This document shows positions 10,141 through 20,881 of a stretch of 64,000 bases of DNA, piece after piece. The first letter of the stretch is position 1. Every line of letters begins with the position of its first letter. The stretch lies in the NCBI RefSeq assembly GCF_058153355.1, contig NZ_CM177019.1. One strand, 5' to 3'. Position numbers and translations under genes: made by a program. The notes below the pieces were generated by a model, which worked only from the letters and a program-made list of their open reading frames with translations, ran no database searches and had not been told where the DNA came from.

Positions 10141-11085
10141 GCGGTAAATCAGGCTTCTGGCGCATTACAGAAAAACCAGAACGGTGCAGATATTCCAGGA
10201 AAAGATACCTTCACCAAAAATATTGGTGCCTGTCGCGCATATAGCGCATGGGTGGATATTGGTGGCGATAGTCAGGTCTGGACAACTGCGCAATTTATTT
10301 CGTGGCTGGAGAGTCAGGGAGCATTTAACCATCCTTACTGGATGTGCAAAGGCTCATGGGCTTATGCAAATAATAAGGTCATTACAGATACAGGTTGCGG
10401 AAATATTTGTCTTGCAGGTGCTGTGGTGGAAGTTATTGGCACCCGCGGCGCAATGACCATACGCGTTACCACGCCGGGCACGTCCAGCGGCGGCGGAATC
10501 ACTAACGCTCAATTCACTTATATTAATCATGGTGATGCTTACGCTCCTGGCTGGCGACGAGACTACAACACGAAAAACCAGCAGCCTGCATTTGCTTTAG
10601 GGCAAACAGGAAATACCGTCGGAAACGACAAAGCCGTTGGCTGGAACTGGAATAGCGGGGTCTATAACGCAAATATTGGTGGCGCAACAACATTAATCCT
10701 CCACTTCAATATGAATACGGGGAGTTGCCCTGCCGTACAGTTCCGTGTGAATTACAGGAACGGCGGTATTTTTTATCGTTCAGCGCGTGATGGTTATGGA
10801 TTTGAGGCTGGCTGGTCAGAGTTTTACACCACAACACGCAAGCCATCAGCGAGAGATGTTGGCGCATATACGCAGGCAGAATGTAACTCAAGGTTTATTA
10901 CAGGTATTCGCCTTGGTGGTCTGTCATCTGTTCAGACATGGAATGGTCCCGGCTGGTCTGACAGGTCAGGTTATGTTGTTACCGGTTCCGTTAACTCAAA
11001 CAGAGATGAACTAATTGATACAACTCAGGCAAGGCCAGTTCAGTATTGCATTAATGGGACGTGGTATAACGCGGGGAGTATTTAA
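10141..11085 (+). CDS. silent alternative tail-fibre C-terminal cassette (no own start in this orientation)
   Basis: The track ORF 10087..11085 reads ...IGLQEAVNQASGALQKNQNG..., parallel to [19 protein letters not shown] of the expressed fibre. The C-terminus ...YCINGTWYNAGSI compares with ...[12 protein letters not shown]. Confidence 0.75.
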   Translation, partial: AVNQASGALQKNQNGADIPGKDTFTKNIGACRAYSAWVDIGGDSQVWTTAQFISWLESQGAFNHPYWMCKGSWAYANNKVITDTGCGNICLAGAVVEVIGTRGAMTIRVTTPGTSSGGGITNAQFTYINHGDAYAPGWRRDYNTKNQQPAFALGQTGNTVGNDKAVGWNWNSGVYNANIGGATTLILHFNMNTGSCPAVQFRVNYRNGGIFYRSARDGYGFEAGWSEFYTTTRKPSARDVGAYTQAECNSRFITGIRLGGLSSVQTWNGPGWSDRSGYVVTGSVNSNRDELIDTTQARPVQYCINGTWYNAGSI

Positions 11086-11087
11086 CG

Positions 11088-11621
11088 ATGATGCACTTAA
11101 AAAACATTTCTGCTGGTAATCCTGAAACAAAAGAGCAATACCAGCTAACAAAGCAATTTAACATCAAATGGCTTTATACAGAGGATGGGAAAAACTGGTA
11201 TGAGGAACAAAAGAACTTTCAGCCTGATACGTTGAAAATGGTCTATGACCACAACGGCGTTATTATTTGTATTGAAAAGGATGTTTCAGCAATTAATCCG
11301 GAAGGCGCAAGCGTCGTTGAGGTTCCTGATATTACAGCAAATCGCCGGGCTGATATTTCAGGTAAATGGATGTTCAAAGATGGCGTAGTGATAAAGCGAA
11401 CTTATACCGGGGAAGAGCAGAGGCAACAAGCGGAAAATGAAAAGCAAAGCCTGCTACAGCTCGTCAGGGATAAAACCCAGCTGTGGGACTCACAGCTACG
11501 GCTGGGCATTATTTCCGACGAGAATAAACAAAAATTAACCGAGTGGATGCTCTATGCGCAGAAGGTCGAATCCACAGACACCTCCAGCCTGCCAGTAACG
11601 TTTCCCGAACAACCAGAATGA
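11088..11621 (+). CDS. tail fibre assembly protein (Tfa), silent orientation
   Basis: MMHLKNISAGNPETKEQYQLTK...[17 protein letters not shown]. Paralogous to 11650..12177 and typical of the Tfa/gpU family. Confidence 0.85.
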   Translation: MMHLKNISAGNPETKEQYQLTKQFNIKWLYTEDGKNWYEEQKNFQPDTLKMVYDHNGVIICIEKDVSAINPEGASVVEVPDITANRRADISGKWMFKDGVVIKRTYTGEEQRQQAENEKQSLLQLVRDKTQLWDSQLRLGIISDENKQKLTEWMLYAQKVESTDTSSLPVTFPEQPE

Positions 11622-11624
11622 GAG

Positions 11625-11651
11625 AAGGCCCGATATCGGGCCTTAATTTTT
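11625..11651. terminator. palindromic hairpin between convergent tfa genes
   Basis: AAGGCCCGATATCGGGCCTT, a perfect 20-nt palindrome, followed by AATTTTT on the plus strand. Confidence 0.65.
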
Positions 11652-12177
11652 ACTCAGGTTTTTGTGGCCATTCGGGCTTTGCCGTATCCACACGGCTGAT
11701 CAGAACACTGTAGCGTTCCCATGCTTCCAGTCGTGTGCGTTCCTCGTCTGTTGCCATATTCAGCCTGACAGCGCGTTCCAGCGGCTGGATGACTGATTCA
11801 GCTTCGGAAAGTAACTCGGCCTTTTGTGATTCGGCCTGTTGCTGCTGTTCGTCTGCTGTATAAGTCCTCCTGACCACCGCTCCGTCCTTAAACATCCACT
11901 TCCCTGAATCATCGGCACGACGGTTAGCTGTTATATCGGGGATTTCAACGACGCTAAAACCTTCAGGATTAAGCGTGGAGGCATCTTTAGTGACGGCGAC
12001 AATAATATTATTTTCGTCGTAAACAATCTTTATTGTATCCGGCTGAAAGTTCTTCACTTCCTCATACCAGTTTTTTCCGTCCTCAGAGTAAAGCCAGATA
12101 ACTCCGTGTTTCTTTGTTAACTCATACTGTTCTGGTGTTTTAGCATTACCCGCTTTTATGTTCTTTAAGTGCATCAT
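11650..12177 (-). CDS. tail fibre assembly protein (Tfa), expressed orientation
   Basis: Start at [11 protein letters not shown] (12177), 2 nt after the fibre stop. The track ORF extends to 12210. Confidence 0.85.
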   Translation of the reverse strand: MMHLKNIKAGNAKTPEQYELTKKHGVIWLYSEDGKNWYEEVKNFQPDTIKIVYDENNIIVAVTKDASTLNPEGFSVVEIPDITANRRADDSGKWMFKDGAVVRRTYTADEQQQQAESQKAELLSEAESVIQPLERAVRLNMATDEERTRLEAWERYSVLISRVDTAKPEWPQKPE

Positions 12178-12178
12178 A

Positions 12179-13492
12179 TTAAATACTCGCCACATTATAC
12201 CAGGTGCCATTTATATACTTTTGCACTGGCCTGTAATGAACGCCTGCAATATTATCGGCAGAGTTTTTTCCGGTATCCTGTACGTTAATCCCCGTCAGTA
12301 CATAGCCTGACGGGCACTGGAAATTCCATGTTTGCCAGTTATTCACACCATAATATTGCTGTGAGCCAAGCCGGACATCTTTCACATATCTGGAGTCAAA
12401 ATTGCCATAATTGCCGGGAATAACTTGCGCACCACAAAGCCAGTTACCGTTATTATCCATGTACGCCTGACCATCGGTGCCATTGGCTGTCCTTGAGTTA
12501 TTAATCATGTAGATGCCAAATTGCTTATTCCCCAGCCCACCAATTACGAATTTACGGTCGGTATGGTCCTGGCGAAGCAATGCCTGCGCACCATCGTTGG
12601 ATACCGCATTACGGCCCAGAATAACATTCTGGTCACGCATATGAATCCACATGCCGGTACTACTGTTAATTGCAAAACGGTTTGCAAATATATCCCCTGT
12701 AACATCAAGACCATGCCCCATGCTTATCCGGCCAGTTCTGAGATTAAGCGTAAAGGGGCGTAGTGGCCCTATATCACCATTTTCCCCCTCATTCTCTCGT
12801 GTAGGGATGATATGCAGGCATTCTTCAGAACGACGAAAAATGGCACCAAAAGATGAATTAAATATCCTCAGTGCATTGACTGTCGATATTTTCACTTCAC
12901 TGCTGAAAAGGGCTTTCACAAGAACATACAGAGCATCCCATTTAAGATTCATCAGGTCTTTAACCCGGCCGCCAGTGAGGTGGTGTCTCCATTTGAAATA
13001 TTCATTACCGTTATCCGCCGTTTCAAACCACATGTAGGAATCGGTGTCTGCATCCGAATCATTTTTAAATCCAATCTTCGCCCAGTCAGTATTCCGAATC
13101 CAGGCAAGGATTGAGTCGTTTTCAAAAGTAAGTCCACCGGACAAGGTATCGCCATTTTTTTGCACAGCGTTCCTGGCCCGGTTTACCGTTTCCTGTAAAC
13201 CAAGGTTTTCGAGAGCCGTTTTCACCGTGCCATCCAATTTGATATCGCCAAACGGATTCTTGCGGCTTAACAGCAGCGCGCGAAGTGCGGTAATCAACTG
13301 ATCGTGCTGCCCTTTCTCCAGGCTGGCACCGGATGCCTCCACCACGCTGCAGAGTTCTTCCTGCAACATATCAAAGTAGTCATCATCCAGATCGGTGGCA
13401 GGTGTGCCGGTCTGGGGGTTACCACGGGTAAAACCGTTCTTACCCGCGCCGAACTTATCCTTCTGCGCGGTTTTAGTGTCTATGCGATGCAT
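12179..13492 (-). CDS. tail fibre protein (constant N-terminus plus currently fused variable C-terminus)
   Basis: 437 aa. The crossover site lies about 93-100 codons in. Immediately downstream of the baseplate genes. Confidence 0.85.
   Translation of the reverse strand: MHRIDTKTAQKDKFGAGKNGFTRGNPQTGTPATDLDDDYFDMLQEELCSVVEASGASLEKGQHDQLITALRALLLSRKNPFGDIKLDGTVKTALENLGLQETVNRARNAVQKNGDTLSGGLTFENDSILAWIRNTDWAKIGFKNDSDADTDSYMWFETADNGNEYFKWRHHLTGGRVKDLMNLKWDALYVLVKALFSSEVKISTVNALRIFNSSFGAIFRRSEECLHIIPTRENEGENGDIGPLRPFTLNLRTGRISMGHGLDVTGDIFANRFAINSSTGMWIHMRDQNVILGRNAVSNDGAQALLRQDHTDRKFVIGGLGNKQFGIYMINNSRTANGTDGQAYMDNNGNWLCGAQVIPGNYGNFDSRYVKDVRLGSQQYYGVNNWQTWNFQCPSGYVLTGINVQDTGKNSADNIAGVHYRPVQKYINGTWYNVASI
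13190..13215 (+). promoter_or_regulatory. Din-type inversion crossover site (right), inside the fibre gene
   Basis: TTCCTGTAAACCAAGGTTTTCGAGAG, close to my recollection of gix (TTCCTGTAAACCGAGGTTTTGGATAA). Encodes ALENLGLQE on the minus strand. Confidence 0.8.
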
Positions 13493-13495
13493 GGA

Positions 13496-14080
13496 TTACT
13501 CCGGATATTTAAAAATTACGTAGGTATGCGACGGGCAGAGTTTGTTAAGCACACACTCGACAACGGTGTCGCCCCATATACGCAGCGCGGAATCACAGGG
13601 ATCGCCACATGTCATCCAGGTGGTGTTGGTGGTGGCTGGCATGTTGACCTGCCAGTAATACCGCCATTCCAGCGCATTCACCGCGTCAGTACAGGCTGAT
13701 GAGCAGGTGAACGTGCTTTTGTCGTATCGCGTGATGGTGGCATCTGGTCTGCCCAGGGCAGCAAGCTGTGCAAGATAAAAATCCTCGTTGATGCCGCCCG
13801 CCAGGTTAACCTTCGCATCCAGCCGTTGCTGACGCTGGCGAAGGGTCTGCGTTCCCGCCGGAATACATTCATCCGGCAGACCGCACAGACGCTCCCAGCG
13901 GTTTATCAGTTCGGTGGTGGTGCGCGGATCCAGCTCCCGCATCAGGGCATCCGCACGCTGATGAACACGGGTTAATGACGGTGCCGCACCGGCAATCGCC
14001 GGATCGCTGGCTGACCACGCCGGACCGGGCGGCAACAGTGCCGATAACAGGCGGATGTAATCATCGTTTGTCACGTCCAT
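13496..14080 (-). CDS. baseplate/tail protein, Mu gp48 / e14 YmfQ-like (DUF2313)
   Basis: 194 aa. Position between the baseplate J-like gene and the fibre gene. Resembles e14 YmfQ in size and context (from memory). Confidence 0.65.
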   Translation of the reverse strand: MDVTNDDYIRLLSALLPPGPAWSASDPAIAGAAPSLTRVHQRADALMRELDPRTTTELINRWERLCGLPDECIPAGTQTLRQRQQRLDAKVNLAGGINEDFYLAQLAALGRPDATITRYDKSTFTCSSACTDAVNALEWRYYWQVNMPATTNTTWMTCGDPCDSALRIWGDTVVECVLNKLCPSHTYVIFKYPE

Positions 14081-15129
14081 GAAATCGTCCCCAGCACCGC
14101 CAGTTCATTTTTTGCAATGGAGATATTGTCCGCCGGTGCAAGCAATTGATGGCTGTATTCCCCGTTCGCACCGGAAATCGCTTCACTGATACGCGACACC
14201 TTCAGTTCTCCCTGCGGATAACCATCACGCAGCAGGAACGAACGCAACTCCGCAGTAATGGCGGTTCGTATTTCCGGTGTGTCCGGCGTCACGCGGATAT
14301 GAAAATCCACCGTATGTGCCACCGGCCTGAACACATACAAATCAGAGCCTGCCACCGGGGCCAGTGGCCCGATATGTTGTCTTGCCGCCGTTTCCGTTGA
14401 TTCTTCCGGAATGGGATTAATCAGGTCACTGCTGGCAATCATCACACCGACAGTTCCCGTTCCCATCCAGTGACGGTATGTCCATGCGCGGGTAATGCCG
14501 GGCACTTCTTTAGCCCAGACGACATAGTCCCCGTCAGCCCCGCCCTGCGGCGTCCAGTAATACCGCTCAATGACGCGGGCGCGCCACGTTTCCAGCTCTT
14601 CAGTATCAAATCCGCCTGTCAGGGTGTCAGCCACACCGGAAGACGGCAGACCATTCACCGGCGTGACCAGGATTAATGCCGTACCGTCGTCAGCGTTACC
14701 GACCGCGCCTGCATTTGAGCAGGCGATCGGCACGCGCAGGACACCACCGGAGCTGGTTGCATCGGCAGTTGCAGTATACTGAACCAGGTCATCGCGCTGA
14801 ATAACACTCCCGGCGGTCACCTTCAGGCCATCGCTGACACCTTCCCAGCGCATATACCCGCTGGCAGCCGTGGCCCCCTTGCGCGGACACCGTTTCATCG
14901 CAGCATGTCGCGCCAGCCAGGACTCATCGCACAGGTCAGGCAGCATGTTCATTGCCAGATAATCGATGTACCCGTAAACCGTATGCAGCGCCGCCGCATA
15001 CACCTTTGCCCGCACGTCTTCATCCATGCGCCGGAGCGTGTCGCTGACGTCCAGCCTGGCGAATAAATCGTTACGGAGCATACTGATATTTTCTGCCAGC
15101 GTCGGGCGCTGAAATTCACTGTCTGCCAT
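14071..15129 (-). CDS. baseplate J-like protein (Mu gp47 / JayE-like)
   Basis: 352 aa. Overlapping gene junctions within the Mu-order tail cluster. Confidence 0.7.
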   Translation of the reverse strand: MADSEFQRPTLAENISMLRNDLFARLDVSDTLRRMDEDVRAKVYAAALHTVYGYIDYLAMNMLPDLCDESWLARHAAMKRCPRKGATAASGYMRWEGVSDGLKVTAGSVIQRDDLVQYTATADATSSGGVLRVPIACSNAGAVGNADDGTALILVTPVNGLPSSGVADTLTGGFDTEELETWRARVIERYYWTPQGGADGDYVVWAKEVPGITRAWTYRHWMGTGTVGVMIASSDLINPIPEESTETAARQHIGPLAPVAGSDLYVFRPVAHTVDFHIRVTPDTPEIRTAITAELRSFLLRDGYPQGELKVSRISEAISGANGEYSHQLLAPADNISIAKNELAVLGTISWT

Positions 15130-15544
15130 GCGTTATCGCACTCCACAGATCATCAAAAGAAATCATTACCGGTCCGTCACGACGCCAGAGAGTGATACTG
15201 TTACCCAGTTCATTAATCCCGGTGCGGCGGATATCCAGATCAATACGGGACACCACGCCGTCATCAATCATCCATTGCAGGCATTCGCGGATATACCCCC
15301 TTACCGTCTGCACCAGCTGATTGGTCAGTTTGCTGCGCTGAAGCAGCCACAGTCGGGAGCCGTAACGGTCATTCTGTACCGCAGGCCAGGTATCCCCCCA
15401 CCATCCCATCGGGACGTCGGCGTTGTCATCAGGCTCCGCCCGCCGCCAGGTAAACAGGGAAATCACCACGGCGCGGGTCAGCGGATCCAGCGGTGCGCTG
15501 GCGCAGGTGCGTTTACCGTTCACCGTCAGCCACAGTTCCATCAT
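15116..15544 (-). CDS. baseplate protein, Mu gp46-like
   Basis: 142 aa. Synteny gp45-gp46-gp47. Confidence 0.6.
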   Translation of the reverse strand: MMELWLTVNGKRTCASAPLDPLTRAVVISLFTWRRAEPDDNADVPMGWWGDTWPAVQNDRYGSRLWLLQRSKLTNQLVQTVRGYIRECLQWMIDDGVVSRIDLDIRRTGINELGNSITLWRRDGPVMISFDDLWSAITHGRQ

Positions 15545-16089
15545 GCCTCCATCGCTTTATCAGGTTTGTCGGTGTTACTGCCCTGACCGTTCTCTCTGTG
15601 ACGATGCCCGTTATAGGCAAGCCGCATCGCTGACATGGTGGTGCCGCCGGAGTCGCACAGGTCTTTCACCTGTCCTGTCACTTCCAGATCCATTTCAAAA
15701 CGTGCTTTAGGTGAATTGCGAAACGTGATCGTTTTACCTGCACCGTCCACCACGATCCCCTCCCGGGTCAGCGTCACGGACTGCCCCTGATCGTCATAGA
15801 CAGCCACCTCACCCGTCTGCAGCCCTTTCAGGCGGTAACGCCGGTCCGACACCGTAACAACCACCGCATGAGAACGGTCACCATCCGGAAACAACACCAC
15901 CGCTTCCGCACCGCTGTTTGCCCTTGCGGTAAAACCGTAAGGTTCAAGATGTTCAACCCCGGCTTTGGGTTCACCGGCAATCAGGGACACATCCACGGTC
16001 TGACATTTCGTGGCGGCACTGATGCTTTTCACCACGGCCCGCCCAATCAGCCCGAGGAGTTGTCGCTGTATGGTTTCAATCGCCCTCAT
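15541..16089 (-). CDS. baseplate assembly/spike protein, Mu gp45-like
   Basis: 182 aa. Synteny. 4-nt overlaps with neighbouring genes. Confidence 0.6.
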   Translation of the reverse strand: MRAIETIQRQLLGLIGRAVVKSISAATKCQTVDVSLIAGEPKAGVEHLEPYGFTARANSGAEAVVLFPDGDRSHAVVVTVSDRRYRLKGLQTGEVAVYDDQGQSVTLTREGIVVDGAGKTITFRNSPKARFEMDLEVTGQVKDLCDSGGTTMSAMRLAYNGHRHRENGQGSNTDKPDKAMEA

Positions 16090-17168
16090 CAGAACGGGTC
16101 CTCCTGTACTCTGGCTTTTTTCTTTTTCCGCGCGCCGGGATCTTCGGGTTCAGGCAGATAAGCATCAGGCGGGCCGACACGGATTTCCGTCAGGGTGCCG
16201 TTCTGGTCCTGAGTAAACGTGACTTCCGAAACAAGCAGTTCGGTATTGTCGAAACCACAGACCGGATCAAAGACAATCACCCGCTGGTTGGGCTGCCACA
16301 GCGTACCGTTACCCTGTCGCCAGCCCTGCACCACATAGGTGGTTTCATCCGTCCGCGCCGCCCGTTGTCGGGCTTCAAAGTCAGCACGCGCAATACAGCC
16401 TGCCCCCGTGGCCTGCCCTGTCTGCCTGATATACATCGGACGGTAACGGGCAATAAATGCGTCCTCTGTGCGGGCCCGCAGCGCGGTGGTGGTGGCCTCA
16501 CCGAAATCATCGTCGTTTCCGGCACGCTGCCCCGCCACCTGGTAAACTGAAAACCGCTCCCGGATACTCTTCTCCGTATCACAGGAAAGGATGTTTTCCC
16601 CAAGTACCAGCGCGGTATGTGCCCGCGTTGAGCCAATACCGCCAATCACCAGCCTGCCGTGCGGGTCGTCGTAAGCCAGTGCCTGCTGCTGACCGAGTAT
16701 TTTGTTGATTACCTCAATCACCGTTTCACCGTGATCAGGCTGGACATCAGGAATAACACCCGACGGCGCACCGTTGTTCACCACCTCAATGCCGAAAGGC
16801 GCAGCAAGCGCCTGCGCAATCTGTACCAGCGATCGTCCGTTAAACTGTGTCGGTTCGGCTGCACAGTCAATCAGGTCAGCGGTCAGACTGCGTCCGGCAA
16901 TGCCGGTGCTGACCGAACGGGCATCGTAACGAACGGGCGTCGCCTCCACCCAGCCGGTGATCACCAGCTCATCACCAATCAGCACCTCCACTTTTGAACC
17001 GTTTTTAATGCGCGGCTGAAGCGTGGTAATACCCTCATCTCCCGGCCACTGGCGGGTGATCTCCACACTGAAATCCCGCGCCAGCCGTTCAATACCGGCA
17101 CCGATGCGCACCGATGTCCAGCCATTCCACTCCCGGCCATTTACCCGTAGCGTGACATTGTCGTTCAT
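16089..17168 (-). CDS. baseplate hub protein, Mu gp44 (P)-like
   Basis: 359 aa. Synteny downstream of the DNA-circulation-like gene. Confidence 0.6.
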   Translation of the reverse strand: MNDNVTLRVNGREWNGWTSVRIGAGIERLARDFSVEITRQWPGDEGITTLQPRIKNGSKVEVLIGDELVITGWVEATPVRYDARSVSTGIAGRSLTADLIDCAAEPTQFNGRSLVQIAQALAAPFGIEVVNNGAPSGVIPDVQPDHGETVIEVINKILGQQQALAYDDPHGRLVIGGIGSTRAHTALVLGENILSCDTEKSIRERFSVYQVAGQRAGNDDDFGEATTTALRARTEDAFIARYRPMYIRQTGQATGAGCIARADFEARQRAARTDETTYVVQGWRQGNGTLWQPNQRVIVFDPVCGFDNTELLVSEVTFTQDQNGTLTEIRVGPPDAYLPEPEDPGARKKKKARVQEDPF

Positions 17169-18541
17169 TGCACTGGCACCTTCAGAGGGATCACCGGCAC
17201 AAAGCCGGGATGCGTAATGGCATTACGCCGGATAATGTCCGCGTCACGCGCCGCGTTATCAAACCAGGTCGCCGCCAGCACCAGCGCGGGTAAAACCTCA
17301 TCCGGCGGGCGCTGAATGATCCGAGCAGACTGTTCAAGGCGCGTGTTGATATCCGCATTCAGATCTGCTTTCACCCGGCGCAGCGCCAGAAACAGCGCAT
17401 CACTGGTTGTACGGGACAACTCCTTATCAATTGCCGTATTCAGTGTGTCGCGAATGTCAGTCAGTTCTTCCCACGTCGGCAGGTCAACCGTGTTTTTCAC
17501 CGCCGGTGCATTGTTCAGTGCCGGATGCGTGACGGAAGGCCAGCCAGTGCTCTGCGCAGGTGTTGTTGCCTGCCCCACTGCGGAATTCTGCATCACCGAG
17601 GAAGTTGTTGGCGCAGGCAATCGGGTGACGGCATACGCCGCTTCGCTGATTGCGGTCGTACGAAGGGTGCTGGCAACCACATTACGCTGCTGCGTAGCCG
17701 CGGCGGTGGTTTTACTGTCCGTTTTCCAGACGCCGCGCGGTTGCAGATCGCTGCCGAGGCTGACACCGGAAAGCGTTTTGATCATGGTGACCAAGTCGCT
17801 GGCGTTACCACAAAGGCGTTTCCCGGTACGCCACATTTTCTGCACCTGCTCAACGAAATTTTTGCCTGACGATGGTGGCGGCAGAAGTACCGAGATATCC
17901 CCCTGCAACAGCCTGGCAGCATCCGATACGGCAGAATCCACCACTTTCATCGCATCAGAAACATACCCAAGCATTGTGCTGGCATTACCAACGACGTCGT
18001 TCTGCACAAAATCCGCCACGCCATCGATACTGAAACCGCTGAAGCTGTCACTGATGCAGTCATCCAGTGCAGAACAGGATGACATCAGCGTCTGCGCCGT
18101 CGCCGCACCTGATGTGGGGTAAGAGAGTTCTCCTGCTTCGACAAACTTCAGGTCAAAGCGGACAATACGCCCTTCACTTTTCGATGTGCTGACCCGAACT
18201 TCCCCGTCAACACAGACCTTCAGCTCACCGTATGTCGGATGGACAAGCATGCCGGGACCGGGTTTATTCAGCGCGTCAATCAGGCGATCGCGCTGGTCAA
18301 AGCAGTCATCGCCCACCACATAAGCCGTGATAGACGGGCGGAAAGTGACTTTTCCCAGATCTTCGGTATAGGGCTTATCGCGGTTCGGATATTCGTGTGT
18401 TTCCACACGGCGACCGGTTCCCGCACTTTCTTCTTCAACCTTAAACGGCACGCCGCGAAATGACGCGTCCTGAAGTCTGTCACGCCAGCCTGAAGACGAC
18501 GAAAGTAATGAAGGTCGGGAGGGAAATGAGGATAAATCCAT
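17165..18541 (-). CDS. Mu gp43 (N, DNA circulation)-like tail protein
   Basis: 458 aa. Directly follows the tape measure gene as in Mu-like tails. Confidence 0.6.
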   Translation of the reverse strand: MDLSSFPSRPSLLSSSSGWRDRLQDASFRGVPFKVEEESAGTGRRVETHEYPNRDKPYTEDLGKVTFRPSITAYVVGDDCFDQRDRLIDALNKPGPGMLVHPTYGELKVCVDGEVRVSTSKSEGRIVRFDLKFVEAGELSYPTSGAATAQTLMSSCSALDDCISDSFSGFSIDGVADFVQNDVVGNASTMLGYVSDAMKVVDSAVSDAARLLQGDISVLLPPPSSGKNFVEQVQKMWRTGKRLCGNASDLVTMIKTLSGVSLGSDLQPRGVWKTDSKTTAAATQQRNVVASTLRTTAISEAAYAVTRLPAPTTSSVMQNSAVGQATTPAQSTGWPSVTHPALNNAPAVKNTVDLPTWEELTDIRDTLNTAIDKELSRTTSDALFLALRRVKADLNADINTRLEQSARIIQRPPDEVLPALVLAATWFDNAARDADIIRRNAITHPGFVPVIPLKVPVQ

Positions 18542-18565
18542 AGACTGACCTCAAAAAGGACTGCG

Positions 18566-20473
18566 TTATCGTGGAAAACGAAAAGGGGAATACCCCACAT
18601 CGTGCGTGATTTTCATCAGGGGATCGGCTTTGCCCGGTACATCAATTATCTTCATACCTGGCGGAGCATTCTCGAACGTGACTTTCAGCTCGCTGTGCTG
18701 TGTCATGGAAGAAGATGGATTCAACAGCGGAACATTGGGTTTGTACTGACTCAGGCTGGCCTGATACTGCTCGTACTCTTTACGATCAAAAAAAGGCGTC
18801 CAGTCTGAAGCCAGAAACAGCCCTTTATTATCCAGCCAGTTAACCGTATCTTCAGGAACAACACTTTCCAGAGTATCTTTAACCGGCTCATACATCAGGG
18901 TTCCCCAAAAACCATATACCCCGGTCTTCCCGATAAAGCCGCGGCCTTTCCCCATCAATCCCGTTTCTGCCGATACCTTCCCCAGCGTACGCATCTCTCT
19001 GGTCACTGCGGTAATGGATTTGGTAACGTCAGCAACCCATTTGGTTGCCATAAACAGGGCAATCGCTTTCAGAACAGTTTCCCATCCCCCCATCACCTGC
19101 GCCGTTTCATCCACCACGTGCCAGACTTTTTTTATGACAGGACCTACGGTTTCCCAGTTATCAATAATGAGGTAAGCGCCACCAACCAGAAGAGCAATCA
19201 GCCCCTTAGCAGGCGTCATATTCATCACACCGCCGAGAACTTTCATGATTCTGGACAAAGAGCCTGCAGCGGCCCCCACTGTCAGTAAAGCCAGACCGAT
19301 TTTAGCAATGGTCTTAACGAGCTCCGGGTTTTCACGGACAAACGTTCTCACTTCCTCAAGGAGCGGTTTTACCGCTTCAAGACCATCATTAACCTCAGGA
19401 AGAAACGTTTCCCCCAGAGTGGAAGAAATGGCATCAAGTTGATTTTGCAGAAGTAAAAGCTGGTTTTCCGTCGTCGCTGCCCTCGAAGCATATTCCTTCT
19501 GCATCGAACTGCCATACTGCTGGGAATCCGCAACCCGCCTGAAGTTGGTACGCAACAAATCAAGGTTAGTCAGCAGAGGTGCTATCGCGCCCAGAGACTC
19601 TTTCCCGAACAGGGCATTCAGCACAGCTGCCTGTTTTTCTTTAGGCACTTTAGCCATCGCATCCAGTACAGACAGCATGGTTCCCCGGGCATCTTTCTGC
19701 ATATCAGCAGCTAATTTCTTCGGATTGATCCGCAGAAAACGTAATGCCTGTTTCTGCGATTTTGTCGCGGAATTTCCCGCGGTCAGGGAAAGCATGAAGT
19801 TCTTGATCCCTGTGGCGGCAATTTCTGACTCCACGCCCATCCCGGCAATGGTTGCCCCCATTGCCGCGATTTCGCCGGAAGCCACACCTGCAACACCACC
19901 TAAAGGACCAATACGCGTAACAATATCGGAGATTTTCTTCGCATTCGCCGGGCCGGTATTACCAAGGTAGTTGATTTTGTCAGCCAGCCCGGCCACTTCA
20001 TCCTGCGTCATATTAAACGCAGTACGCCACTGGGCCATCATCTGCCCGGACTCTTCAGCCGTGGTATCAAAGGCCACGCCCATCTTCACCGCATCAGTGG
20101 CAAACTGCATCAGTTCATCACGTGCAATCCCGGCCTGACCGCCAGCCGCCACAATTTCCGCGATCCCGTCTGCAGACATGGGAAGCTCAGTAGACAAAGC
20201 GCGTACCTGCTCCGTCATGGCCTTAAACGCATCCGGCGTATCCAGACCGTCCACCACTTTGCGGACATCAGCCATCTTCGATTCAAGGGTGATGGCTGAT
20301 TTTACAGGGAGTGCCAGTGCCCCCATTATTGCAGTACCCGCCCCGGCAGCGCCCAGAGCAAGGCTGGAGACTTCTTTCTGAAACCCCTTAAGCTGACGCT
20401 GCATACCTTTAAGCGGGCCGGACAGCCTGTCAACGGCGGTGATGATGGCTTTCAGCTGAAAATTATCAGCCAT
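18566..20473 (-). CDS. tail tape measure protein
   Basis: 635 aa. Ala/Gly-rich helical protein with hydrophobic stretches. Preceded by the frameshifted chaperone pair. Confidence 0.85.
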   Translation of the reverse strand: MADNFQLKAIITAVDRLSGPLKGMQRQLKGFQKEVSSLALGAAGAGTAIMGALALPVKSAITLESKMADVRKVVDGLDTPDAFKAMTEQVRALSTELPMSADGIAEIVAAGGQAGIARDELMQFATDAVKMGVAFDTTAEESGQMMAQWRTAFNMTQDEVAGLADKINYLGNTGPANAKKISDIVTRIGPLGGVAGVASGEIAAMGATIAGMGVESEIAATGIKNFMLSLTAGNSATKSQKQALRFLRINPKKLAADMQKDARGTMLSVLDAMAKVPKEKQAAVLNALFGKESLGAIAPLLTNLDLLRTNFRRVADSQQYGSSMQKEYASRAATTENQLLLLQNQLDAISSTLGETFLPEVNDGLEAVKPLLEEVRTFVRENPELVKTIAKIGLALLTVGAAAGSLSRIMKVLGGVMNMTPAKGLIALLVGGAYLIIDNWETVGPVIKKVWHVVDETAQVMGGWETVLKAIALFMATKWVADVTKSITAVTREMRTLGKVSAETGLMGKGRGFIGKTGVYGFWGTLMYEPVKDTLESVVPEDTVNWLDNKGLFLASDWTPFFDRKEYEQYQASLSQYKPNVPLLNPSSSMTQHSELKVTFENAPPGMKIIDVPGKADPLMKITHDVGYSPFRFPR

Positions 20474-20881
20474 GCTTCATCTCCTCATTTATACGGACGG
20501 CCTCTGCCTCCAGATCAGCAAAGTGGGAAATAGCCGTCCGGCGAAGTTCAAGGGGGTTTAATTTCCAGAACCACGCGACATTGTAGAATCGCTTCCGGAG
20601 GTCTCTTCCGTCTCCAAGCCGGTAAAAAAACGCATTACAATCATGCCTGCCTTGAAAATATCCAGCTTCGTCATCTGCGCTGCAGACGAGCGCGGGATCC
20701 CGGCCAGAAGCGGGATATATTTCAGCGCCACCTGACTGTCCATTTTCATACCACCATCAGGCGAAACAGAGAAAGGGAACCCCAGCGCCTCAATCTCGTC
20801 ATACGTAGGCTCACGTATTTCCAGCACATGCAGTGTTTCTTTGTGGGCGATGATCGGTTTTTTAAGTACAAGCTCAATCAC
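20466..20881 (-). CDS. tail assembly chaperone pair (107-aa frame-0 product ends at 20558; -1 frameshift product ends at 20466)
   Basis: T_TTT_TTT heptamer (plus-strand A7 at 20624..20630) lies in X_XXY_YYZ register in codons R-F-F. The -1 frame stays open for 56 more codons and stops at a TGA overlapping the tape-measure ATG. Confidence 0.75.

Larger units (their letters stand above)
10127..13203. mobile_element. invertible tail-fibre host-range segment (G/P-segment-like), ~3.08 kb
   Basis: Flanked by inverted 26-bp crossover sites. Contains two opposed fibre C-terminal cassettes, each with its own tfa gene. The invertase remnant is adjacent and outside the segment. Confidence 0.8.

Noticed and set aside
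17316-18122. 268-aa plus-strand ORF inside the Mu gp43-like gene
   Set aside because: It is antisense within a tightly packed, overlapping minus-strand tail operon. Its Ser/Ala/Arg-rich low-complexity translation marks it as a shadow ORF.
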